Below are positions 1-8,021 of a DNA stretch of 54,436 nt, piece by piece. How positions within the stretch are numbered: position 1 is the first letter of the stretch; each line of letters opens with the position of its first letter. The stretch is taken from the sequence record NZ_CP046475.1. The stretch is one strand, 5' to 3'. Made by a program: the position numbers and the translations under genes. The DNA comes from a plasmid. A model generated the notes under the pieces. The model saw only the letters and a list, made by a program, of their open reading frames with translations. It was not told the origin of the DNA and searched no databases.

Positions 1-742
1 GTTCTCCAAGGACGGGACCGAGGTCACCGGCGCCTCGTACACCTTCCGGGACGGCTCCGGTCCCTGGCTGGGCGGTACGAGCCTGGCGCGCGACCTGACC
101 CTGCCGAAGCTGCGCGCGATGTGGGACGACACCCCACAGAACCGCGCCGAGGCGAAGGGGGTGTGGGACCGCCGCGAGGGCATCCCGAAGGAGAGCGCGG
201 CACCGGCCGGTACGGGCTCGTGGAACGCCGCACAGCAGGCCCTGGCCAAGTGGGCGGCGAAGGTCGAGCAGATCGACCCACGCGACTACGCGACCTGGTC
301 GTCCACCGCCCGCGACGCGGCTGCGATCACCTCAGAGCTCACCCGCTCCTCCGGCGGCCGCCAGGAGCAGCTGCTCGCCAACGCCACGCAGGAGCTCGCA
401 CGCAACGCGCAGACGCGGCAGCGGGTCGCTGCACCGGCTGCGGACGACGCCCGTGTCGCGTGTCGGCACATCTCGCTCGCCCTGCGCTCGGCATCGAAGT
501 CCGACGCCACCGGGTGGTGGGCGGTGTGGCAGCAGCTCTCGCGGGTCAACCGCGCGATCCACGGTGCGCAGAGCGCCCGCGGTGAACTCGTGCGCGCCCA
601 GCGCTTCGAGCGCGCCGCTCACCGCGACCTCGTGAGCATCCAGAACGGGCTGCGCAAGGCAGCCGAGTCCAAGCCGGCGCAGACCCCCCGGCCCCGAGCA
701 GCGCAGAGGACGACCGAGACAAACAGGGAGCAGGGACGATGA
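1..742 (+). CDS. C-terminal part of a protein (5' partial; frame 2 open from the window start); possibly the relaxase C-terminal domain if the replicon is circular
   Basis: ORF is open from position 2 (FSKDGTEVTGASYTFRDG...). Its stop overlaps the next gene as ATGA at 739. Frame is compatible with the relaxase ORF that runs off the 3' end. Confidence 0.5.
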   Translation, partial: FSKDGTEVTGASYTFRDGSGPWLGGTSLARDLTLPKLRAMWDDTPQNRAEAKGVWDRREGIPKESAAPAGTGSWNAAQQALAKWAAKVEQIDPRDYATWSSTARDAAAITSELTRSSGGRQEQLLANATQELARNAQTRQRVAAPAADDARVACRHISLALRSASKSDATGWWAVWQQLSRVNRAIHGAQSARGELVRAQRFERAAHRDLVSIQNGLRKAAESKPAQTPRPRAAQRTTETNREQGR

Positions 743-1803
743 GCGAGCACAGCATGGACGAGACGATGAGCGACGTCACCCGCAGCGCGCGGCTGGCCGT
801 GATGCTCATGGCGCAGGCCAGCGAGCAACTGGCTCGCCGCATCGCCGAGGCGCAGCGCGCGGCCGCGCAGGACACCAACGAGCGAGCGACTGCCCTGCGC
901 GAGCAGCTGAACCTCGCCCAGGACGCCGCGCGCGCCTCCTACGAACCGTTGACGGACCCCGCCCGCTTCGCTGGCACCAGCGCTGAGACCGCCGTCTCGG
1001 CGTGGTCGACCGCCGCGGCGTGGAGCGAGGTCGACCCGCAGGCTGCGGCCGCGCAGGCCTCCCTTCGTCAGCAGATCCTCGATCGGTGGGACGTCGACCC
1101 GCAGATCCTGCGCGACGCGACCCTCGTCGACGCGCGGACGGCCGCCGAGCCTGCGCGCGACGCGGCCGCTGAGACCGAGAGGCTGACCGAGGTGATGGAC
1201 CCCGAGTGGCGAGAGCACGCCAGCGTTGAAGAGCTCGAGGCGCGCTGGCACGAGGCGCAGAACCACCCCGAGCGGCCCGGAGCAGCCGAGACCCTCGCCG
1301 TCCTCGACCGCGAGCTGCACGACCGGTTCGGCCTCGACGTCGAGATGCTGCGTCGCAGCGAGCAGGACATGGGAGAGGCGCTGTGGCACGCCGCCGGCGA
1401 CCACGCCGCGGCCGAGGCGGACCGAGCCGCTGAGACCAGCGAGCAGACCAGCGCCGCCGGCTGGGAGAACGAGGCCCACGCCGAGCGCAACCGCGAAGCC
1501 ACCGCCGGCGACGACGCAGGCCAGGAGGTCGAAGACAGCGTCGATGCCCGCGAGGCCGAGGACAAGGCATCCGCCGGATCAGCCGCCGCGGCCGAGACCG
1601 AGACCGATCACGGTCAGGCCCGTGCAGACGCCGCCGCGATGGAGCGAGCGGGCGTACCCGCCCGCTCCCAGCAGGTCCGCCTGAGCACCGCCAAGGGGTT
1701 CGGTGCCTCGACCGAGGAAGGCGTCAAGCACCCGGCACGGCCCAAGGGACGCAAATCCTCCCAGCGCAAGAGCGCAGACCGCACCCACGACCGTGGACGC
1801 TAG
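739..1803 (+). CDS. Acidic Ala/Glu-rich hypothetical protein (plasmid transfer-associated?)
   Basis: 354-aa ORF; ATGA overlap with the upstream gene; low-complexity acidic composition; no recognisable catalytic motif. Confidence 0.45.
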   Translation: MSEHSMDETMSDVTRSARLAVMLMAQASEQLARRIAEAQRAAAQDTNERATALREQLNLAQDAARASYEPLTDPARFAGTSAETAVSAWSTAAAWSEVDPQAAAAQASLRQQILDRWDVDPQILRDATLVDARTAAEPARDAAAETERLTEVMDPEWREHASVEELEARWHEAQNHPERPGAAETLAVLDRELHDRFGLDVEMLRRSEQDMGEALWHAAGDHAAAEADRAAETSEQTSAAGWENEAHAERNREATAGDDAGQEVEDSVDAREAEDKASAGSAAAAETETDHGQARADAAAMERAGVPARSQQVRLSTAKGFGASTEEGVKHPARPKGRKSSQRKSADRTHDRGR

Positions 1804-1843
1804 GGCACCATCGGGGCCATCACCTGATGAATCGGAGAGTGTG

Positions 1844-2029
1844 ATGAGTCGAGCGGCCATCGCCGCGATGGCGATCGTCATCGGAGCGGCGATCTTTGCG
1901 GTGCCGTCTATCACCAGCCCGGGCGCCGTACGAGCGGCACTTCAGATCGGGTTGGCGGTCGCAGCTGGGGTAGTCCTTCTCCTTGAGATCCGCAGTCTGA
2001 AGCGACGACACCAGGACGGTTCACGATGA
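1844..2029 (+). CDS. Small 2-TM membrane protein, paralog of the Rhs-adjacent immunity candidate
   Basis: ATG with GGAGAG Shine-Dalgarno (SD) 4 nt upstream. 61 aa: two hydrophobic helices around an SPG turn plus a C-terminal LKRR tail. Alignable with the 3248..3418 product (AAIF...SP.G...GL.V...LLL..LKRR). Confidence 0.5.
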   Translation: MSRAAIAAMAIVIGAAIFAVPSITSPGAVRAALQIGLAVAAGVVLLLEIRSLKRRHQDGSR

Positions 2030-2036
2030 GCACCTC

Positions 2037-2414
2037 TTGCCGGGCATCCTCGACGAGATGGGCGCGCTCATGACACCGGATCGAGCCTCCGACCGACCGC
2101 CCGCCCCTGTGGGTCGATGGGAAGACGTCGATCGAGTTGGTGACGACTTCCGCCTGGCTCGTGGAAAGAAGTTGCTAGTCCTCTCAGGTGTTGCCGTACT
2201 CGTCAGCGTTGCGCTCCTCATCGTCGGGGATTCCACGATCCGAGTGTTCGGAGGCGTCGGCCTGGCCTGGAGCCTCTTGGCCTTCGTCCCAGCCGTCTTC
2301 ATCGTCAGTAAGGCACGAAACAGGATCCGCGCGGGGCGGGGTCTGGTGCCCGGCGACCCTTACCGGCCTGACGGTGTGGCCTCAAGTCCTCCCGGTGCGC
2401 AGTCGGACAAGTAG
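2037..2414 (+). CDS. Small membrane protein (2 predicted TM helices, basic tail)
   Basis: TTG start; 125 aa; TM segments LLVLSGVAVLVSVALLIVG and GVGLAWSLLAFVPAVFIV followed by SKARNRIR. Confidence 0.4.
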   Translation: MPGILDEMGALMTPDRASDRPPAPVGRWEDVDRVGDDFRLARGKKLLVLSGVAVLVSVALLIVGDSTIRVFGGVGLAWSLLAFVPAVFIVSKARNRIRAGRGLVPGDPYRPDGVASSPPGAQSDK

Positions 2415-2429
2415 AGGGCCGCCGTCCGT

Positions 2430-2726
2430 CTACTTCGACTCTTCGAGGCTGAGATACCTGTCCGTGCGGAACAGCCCGCCGAGGGTGTCCCCGTTGCTGA
2501 CGGTGAAGGAGCGAACCTCGCCGTCATCGGCGTCGCCCTTGATGAGGTCGGAGCCGGTCCAGTCGATCTTGGCCTGAATGTCGAATTGCCCTGGCGGGAT
2601 CTCGAACTCCACCGTCTCGCCTCGGCTCACCTTCCCGACTTCGCGACCATTGATAAGTATCGAGAACTTCCTGAGGCGGTTTGCCCACCACTCATTGGAA
2701 CGTGTCACTCGAATGATGGCACTCAC
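2430..2726 (-). CDS. Hypothetical small soluble protein (98 aa)
   Basis: Intact ORF 18 bp downstream of the 2745..2945 membrane-protein gene on the same strand; beta-rich composition; no recognisable motif. Confidence 0.45.
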   Translation of the reverse strand: MSAIIRVTRSNEWWANRLRKFSILINGREVGKVSRGETVEFEIPPGQFDIQAKIDWTGSDLIKGDADDGEVRSFTVSNGDTLGGLFRTDRYLSLEESK

Positions 2727-2744
2727 CGCAGCCCCTCCTCACCA

Positions 2745-2945
2745 TCACCGAGGACGTCGAAATCGTTTGAACAACTCCAGGGCAAGGGTGCCAAGCGCGT
2801 AGACGACGACGATGCCGATGGCAATGAACAAAATCCTGCCTAGATCCATGGTCCCAACCCAAGCCCCGAGGAATAGCACGATAGAAACGATGGTTGTCAT
2901 CGCAACGACTTCCTCAAGCCGCCGCGTCCTGTGTCGATCAGGCAC
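2745..2945 (-). CDS. Small 2-TM membrane protein (immunity-like paralog); alternative start at 2900 (MTTIV...)
   Basis: Two hydrophobic helices and a C-terminal KRFRRPR tail, the same architecture as the 1844..2029 and 3248..3418 products. Confidence 0.45.
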   Translation of the reverse strand: MPDRHRTRRLEEVVAMTTIVSIVLFLGAWVGTMDLGRILFIAIGIVVVYALGTLALELFKRFRRPR

Positions 2946-3247
2946 TGCGGTTTCTCCCTTCCCCGAGCCGTTCGAACTCTACTGGCGATGATGTGCCTCA
3001 CGTACCGCGACCCAAGGGGCGCAAGGACTCTCATCGTCAGAGCGCGAACCGAGCTCACGGCCGCGGCCGCTAACTAGCCCGACCGCGCGGTTGCGAACTA
3101 CGCACACACAGCGAATAGGCCTTCATTCCAACTCGGCCAAGCCGCAGTATCTGCGGCCGATATGAAACGGCTCCGCGGCGTCCCGCTAGCAGACGCGGAA
3201 GAGAGTGGTGCGATCCTTGTAAGGGTCAAGCCTATGGTCGGGCTTAA

Positions 3248-3418
3248 TCAGGCACGACGCTTGAGCTTGAGCAGTAGGGCAATTGATGTGACCACCAGGC
3301 CGAATCCTCCCAGGGCCAAGAGTCCGCCTGATGGGGAAGCTAGCGACCCTGAGAATATGGCCGCTGCAACTATAAGGCAGCCAGTAATCAGGCCTATCCA
3401 GTAAGTAGTCTTATCCAC
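3248..3418 (-). CDS. Candidate immunity protein for the Rhs C-terminal toxin (56-aa 2-TM protein; below the ORF-track size cutoff)
   Basis: GTG start 10 bp after the Rhs stop, with a GGAG SD inside the Rhs 3' end. Translation VDKTTYWIGLITGCLIVAAAIFSGSLASPSGGLLALGGFGLVVTSIALLLKLKRRA has an in-frame upstream stop. Paralogous to the 1844..2029 product. Confidence 0.5.
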   Translation of the reverse strand: MDKTTYWIGLITGCLIVAAAIFSGSLASPSGGLLALGGFGLVVTSIALLLKLKRRA

Positions 3419-3428
3419 TTCAACTCCA

Positions 3429-6400
3429 CTAGAACGTGATTATATCGCCATTATCGTCGTAGCAAGACTGGACAATTGACGCTCCAGCGAATGCAAATCC
3501 AGCGAATCCAAATCCTACCGTGAATGGCCCGCCGAATACACTCACACCAAGCCCAAACGTCGCCAGTACGCCGCCGCCAATGGAAATCGCGCACCCGACC
3601 CACGGCTCGCCCATCGCTCCGGTCGGATCTGTTTGGTTCGTGGGGTTGCACCCGACGTAAGCGTAGGGCTGGGTCTCGGCGGGCTGCGCGGGGTTGGTGA
3701 TGCGCTCTGCCGGGTCGGTCTGGGTCCAGCGGTGCATGCCGGGGTCGTAGTACCGCAGGCCGATCTTGTAGTTGCCAGTGGCGGCATTGGTGGTGTCGAG
3801 CCATTCGCCGGTGTAGCGCCAGTTGACCAAGGGGATGTCTGCGGCTGCTTCGGGGTTCTTCCCGCCCTGATAGCCACCGAAGGGGTCGTACCAGTAGTCG
3901 TTAACACGCTCACCCGCGGAGTTGACCACGCCGATGGTCGATCCGAGTCGGTCACTGAGGTAGTAGTAGCGCTTCCCGTCGGGTCCCTTTTGGCCCAGGA
4001 CGCGGCCGTCGGGGGCTAGGACGTAGTCGGTCGTGCCGGAGCTGGTGGTGCTGGAGGTGACGCCGAGGAGGCTGTTGGTGAATGTGATGCCTCCGGCCTT
4101 GGTTCGTTCGACCTGGCTGGTGCCGTCGTATTCCATCGCCCGGGGGTCGTCCTGGTCACGCTGGGTCATGGTGGTGGCGCGGGCGCGCTCGTCGTAGGCG
4201 GCGTTGCCGCCCTGGTTGTCACCGGTCCACATGCCGTTGGCGTCGTAGGTGTTGGTCAGGGTGGTGGCCCCGCCGACGCTGGTGAGCTGGTTTGCGGCGT
4301 TGTAGTTGCCGGTGAAGGAGTCGGTCTGGGTGGGGCTGATCCAGTCGGTCCACGACGTCATGTTGCTGTTCGCGTCGTAGTTGTAGACGTCCTCGGAGCG
4401 CTTGACGCTGTTCTTGGTCGAGGTGCTCTTCTTGATCCGGCCTGAGCTGTCGTAGTCGTAGGTGACGTGGAAGTCGAAGACCGGGTCGTCGATCGTGTAG
4501 ACGTTGTCAGTCGTCTTCCCGCCGGGGCTGGTGTACCCGTAGTTGAGGTCGGTCAGCAGGGTGAAGGTGCCGTTGCTGTTGGCCCGGTCCTGGTAGATGC
4601 GCTCGATGCGGCCGCTCTTGTCGCGGTCTTGGCGGTCGGTCACGCCGCCGGGGTAGGTGATCGAGGCGGTCTTGTGCTGGCCGTAGCTGTAGTTGATGGT
4701 GTTGCCGTCGGGCGGGGTGATGGTCTTGGGGTCGTTCTCGATGTCGTAGGTGTAGCCGGTGGTGCCACGCGGGGTGGTCATCGAGGCCATGTTGCCGGCG
4801 ACGTCGTAGGTGTAGCTGTTCGCGACGCCCGGCAGGTTCTCGGCGGTGACGCGGTTGCGGGCGTCCAGAGCCCATGCAGTGTTCTTCGTGGTGCTGTTGT
4901 GGGTGTCGACGCGGCTTGTGCGGTTGCCGTTGTTGTCGTAGGTGTAGCTCACCGAGCTGGTCGAGGTGGAGGCCCCGGGCTTGGTGTAGGTGATCTTGGT
5001 GACCTCGTCCTTGTCGTTGTAGTCGATGACCTGCTTGTTGCCCTTGCCGTCGAGAACCGTCCGCAGCCGGTTGGTGGCGTCGTAGGTCATGGTGGAGTCA
5101 CCTGCGGGGGCGGGGCGGTCGATCTTGGTGAGGTTGCACCCGGTGTAGCTGTAGGTGGTGGTGTTTCCCTTGCCGTCCTTGCTCGAGGACGGCACGCCGG
5201 GGCAGGCGTCGGAGGCGGACTGGTAGTTGATCGTGGTGGTGGAGTCGCTGGTCTTGACGCTGGTCAGCTGCTCGCGGTTGTTCCAGTCGTAGTCGATTCC
5301 CACGCCGCGGGAGTCGGTGTACTTGCTGGGCTTGTCTGGGGTGTCGGGGTCGAGGTAGTCGAACGTCGACTTCGCGCCGTTGTCCTCGGTGAAGTCCTTG
5401 ACGTTGTAGCCGTCGTAGGTCAGCGTCCCGATGCCGCCTTGGGCGTTGGAGTACTCGTTGACAGCGTTGGTCTGGCTGACAGGAGAGCCGTCGGCGTTCT
5501 CCGGCTTGTCGTCATAGTCGGTGGTCTGAGCGCTGCCGGCGCGGGGGGTGAGGTACTTGGTCTGGCGGCCGCGCTCGTCGAAGGTGTAGGTCCAGGCGTT
5601 GCCGCGCTGGTCGGTAACTGCGACGTGCTGGGTGGTGTTGTCCTGGTCGGGGGTGAAGGTGTACCGGGTGATCGCGGGCTTGGCGGTGGTCGAGTCGGCC
5701 CAGATGATCTTGTTCAGCCGGTCGGTGGTGTCGTACTCGTAGCGAGTGGTGTTGTTCTCGGCGTCGGTGACCGAGGTCAGGTTGTGGTTGGTGTCGTAGG
5801 CGTAGGTCGTGGTCCGGCCGAGCTGGTCGGTGACCGAGGTCAGGTCGTTGCCGGTGTACCCATAGCTGATGAGCCGCCCGCGGGGGTCCGTGATCTTGCT
5901 GATGTACCCGTTGGCGCCCCAGTTGACGGTGGTGGTCTCACCGCGGGTGTCGGTGATCGCGTTGACCCGGCCGCCGGGGCTGTAGCCGTAGGTGATCTTG
6001 TTGCCGTTCTTGTCCTCGACCTCGTCGAGGAAGGTCCCGTCGACGAAGCGGTAGCGCAGGCCTGAGTCGACCATCCGCAGGGTGTACGTCGTCCCGGTCT
6101 TCGACAGCTTCGCGTTCAGGCCGTCGGGCGAGTTCCAGCTGCCCATGCCCTGGCGGTAGGTGAAGAGCTCTTTGCCGCCGGTGGGGGTCTCGAAGGTCGC
6201 GTTGTTCGTGCTGGGGTCGATGACCATGCGCACGCTGTTGCCGATGGTGGAGTTCCAGCCGTAGCCGAAGACGTCGGTGCCGTCGAAACGGGAGTTGTAG
6301 TAGCGGCCCACGGTCATGTTCATGCCCGCGACACCGGAGAGGTTGACGTCGCTGGCCTCCATCAGCAGGTTGCTGGTGGCGACGTTGACCCGCTGGCGCA

Positions 6401-7838
6401 GCCTGTCGGTCAGCTCGTCGTCGTTGAAGGTGAAGTACGGCAGCACACCGAGCTGCTTCTGACGCCACGTCACCTTCAGGTAGGGCTCGTTGACGCCCTC
6501 CTCCATGGTGGTGAAGGTCTTGGCCGAGTCGGTGCTGAACTCATTGGCGGTCAGCGCCAGGCCCCAGTTGGGGTTGGTGTCGGGGTCGTCGATCCAGTCG
6601 CGCATCGCCTGGGTGATCGGGACCGAGACATACCCCGGCGCGCAGCCGGGCCCGCCCTTTGCGGCGCTGGTCTGGCCGATAACCGACCCGAGAGTGGGGT
6701 TGGGCCAGCCGACGCTGGTGGTGTACCAGACGCTCTCGATGCGCTTGGCCTGGATGGTCGTGGGGGTGCAGGAGGCTGAAGACTCGTTGTAGACGTTCAC
6801 CGACGCCGACTCGACCCAGCCACCGGCGAAGGTGTCGACGTTGAACTTCATCAGCGAGCGGAACTTGTTCGACCCGAACAGCCCGGCACGCATGAACGTC
6901 CACCCGGCGTAGTTGTAGGAGGAGTCGCCGGAGTTGATCATCGTGTCGCCGGTGACGTCGAACTGCACCGTCGGGTCGACGACCACGGGGTAGGCCCGGT
7001 CAGGGGCGTTGAGCCAGGCGTCGTCGACGCTGACGCGCAGCGTGGTCTTCCCGGAGAGCTTGACGAGCTCCATGCTCACGTCCTGGGAGACCTCGTCGTT
7101 GGCGTCGGTCATGAAGCCTTGGGGGATGACCGCGGTGACCTCACCCGCGGTGTCGACGAGCTCGACCGACCCGCCAGCCATGCGCGCGGTCAGACCGGTC
7201 AGGTCCATCGGGAAGTCGAACGTGCGCGGCGTGCTCGCCGAGCGCAGGATGATCTCCTCCTTGACCCCTCCCCGGATCGAGTGCAGCTTCAGGTCCACCT
7301 GCGGGCGCAGGCCCGCGAACCGGGCCGTGGTCGCGGTCTGCGACCGAGGCACATCGGTGGCCTTCGACATCGCCCACGACACCCCGCGGCCCTGACCGAA
7401 GTCGAGGTCGACCAGTTGCGGGTCGTCGCTGTCCTTGGCGACGGCGAGGTCGACCGGGGAGTCACCGTTGCGCAGCACTCCGGCGGAGTCGGCGGTCAGA
7501 CGGTTGTCGATCGAGACCCACGTGTCGCCCTCCTGGAAGTTCACCGGGGCCTGGTAGACCCGTGTCTCCATCACACCGGGCTCGTCGGTGGCGAACGTGC
7601 GGGTGTACTCACCGCGCTCGGAGACGATCTCGTCACCCGGCGCCAGAGCCGGGTCGGCGACCGAAACCTTCGGTGTCGTCGGTGTCGCCGGCCGGTCCTG
7701 CTGCTTGGCCTCACCCGCGTACGGGCCGGCCGTCTGATCCACCGGGTCACCCGGCGCTGCAACCGCTCCCCCAGCCCCGGACCCGACCAGCGCCGCCGCT
7801 GAAACAGCAGCAACCGACACCAAAGACACACGTCGCAT
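3429..7838 (-). CDS. Rhs/YD-repeat polymorphic toxin with N-terminal signal peptide and a short glycine-rich hydrophobic C-terminal domain
   Basis: Many YD repeats (YTYDANG, YNYDANSN, YTYDVAGN, YEYDTTDRL...). Core-end motif RYYDPGMHRWTQTDP then ...TDPTGA. Last ~60 aa: GCAISIGGGVLATFGLGVSVFGGPFTVGFGFAGFAFAGASIV. Start chosen at the internal ATG (MRRVSLVSVAAVSAAALVGSG...) with an AGGGG SD; the track's longest ORF starts at 7880. Confidence 0.9.
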   Translation of the reverse strand: MRRVSLVSVAAVSAAALVGSGAGGAVAAPGDPVDQTAGPYAGEAKQQDRPATPTTPKVSVADPALAPGDEIVSERGEYTRTFATDEPGVMETRVYQAPVNFQEGDTWVSIDNRLTADSAGVLRNGDSPVDLAVAKDSDDPQLVDLDFGQGRGVSWAMSKATDVPRSQTATTARFAGLRPQVDLKLHSIRGGVKEEIILRSASTPRTFDFPMDLTGLTARMAGGSVELVDTAGEVTAVIPQGFMTDANDEVSQDVSMELVKLSGKTTLRVSVDDAWLNAPDRAYPVVVDPTVQFDVTGDTMINSGDSSYNYAGWTFMRAGLFGSNKFRSLMKFNVDTFAGGWVESASVNVYNESSASCTPTTIQAKRIESVWYTTSVGWPNPTLGSVIGQTSAAKGGPGCAPGYVSVPITQAMRDWIDDPDTNPNWGLALTANEFSTDSAKTFTTMEEGVNEPYLKVTWRQKQLGVLPYFTFNDDELTDRLRQRVNVATSNLLMEASDVNLSGVAGMNMTVGRYYNSRFDGTDVFGYGWNSTIGNSVRMVIDPSTNNATFETPTGGKELFTYRQGMGSWNSPDGLNAKLSKTGTTYTLRMVDSGLRYRFVDGTFLDEVEDKNGNKITYGYSPGGRVNAITDTRGETTTVNWGANGYISKITDPRGRLISYGYTGNDLTSVTDQLGRTTTYAYDTNHNLTSVTDAENNTTRYEYDTTDRLNKIIWADSTTAKPAITRYTFTPDQDNTTQHVAVTDQRGNAWTYTFDERGRQTKYLTPRAGSAQTTDYDDKPENADGSPVSQTNAVNEYSNAQGGIGTLTYDGYNVKDFTEDNGAKSTFDYLDPDTPDKPSKYTDSRGVGIDYDWNNREQLTSVKTSDSTTTINYQSASDACPGVPSSSKDGKGNTTTYSYTGCNLTKIDRPAPAGDSTMTYDATNRLRTVLDGKGNKQVIDYNDKDEVTKITYTKPGASTSTSSVSYTYDNNGNRTSRVDTHNSTTKNTAWALDARNRVTAENLPGVANSYTYDVAGNMASMTTPRGTTGYTYDIENDPKTITPPDGNTINYSYGQHKTASITYPGGVTDRQDRDKSGRIERIYQDRANSNGTFTLLTDLNYGYTSPGGKTTDNVYTIDDPVFDFHVTYDYDSSGRIKKSTSTKNSVKRSEDVYNYDANSNMTSWTDWISPTQTDSFTGNYNAANQLTSVGGATTLTNTYDANGMWTGDNQGGNAAYDERARATTMTQRDQDDPRAMEYDGTSQVERTKAGGITFTNSLLGVTSSTTSSGTTDYVLAPDGRVLGQKGPDGKRYYYLSDRLGSTIGVVNSAGERVNDYWYDPFGGYQGGKNPEAAADIPLVNWRYTGEWLDTTNAATGNYKIGLRYYDPGMHRWTQTDPAERITNPAQPAETQPYAYVGCNPTNQTDPTGAMGEPWVGCAISIGGGVLATFGLGVSVFGGPFTVGFGFAGFAFAGASIVQSCYDDNGDIITF

Positions 7839-7880
7839 GAAGCACCCCTGCTCTATCGCCCCTGGACGGGACGGACGCAC

Positions 7881-8021
7881 GCAACGTATCGGTACGAACG
7901 ATTCAAGCGATAGGGGTCAACCCAAGAAAGTTCAAAGTTTCTTAAAAGAAGCCTGAACAAACCCTGAACATGATTCGGACCCTTTATCTGGAAGCGTGGT
8001 TGGCCCTATTCGCTCAGAAGC
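7881..8021. promoter_or_regulatory. AT-rich intergenic promoter region upstream of the Rhs gene
   Basis: Locally low GC (aagaaagttcaaagtttcttaaaagaagcctgaacaaaccctgaacatgattcgg) in an otherwise ~70% GC window; repeated CTGAACA. Confidence 0.35.

Noticed and set aside
3162-3404. 80-aa + strand ORF in the Rhs downstream region
   Set aside because: It overlaps, on the opposite strand, the SD-supported 56-aa 2-TM ORF (3248..3418) that is translationally coupled to the Rhs gene. It has no SD and an odd composition, so it is likely a GC-frame artefact.
4467-6065. 532-aa + strand ORF (and many other 100-180-aa ORFs) antisense to the Rhs gene
   Set aside because: Gly/Val/Ala-rich translations typical of antisense frames in high-GC coding DNA. 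They lie entirely inside the strongly supported Rhs CDS.
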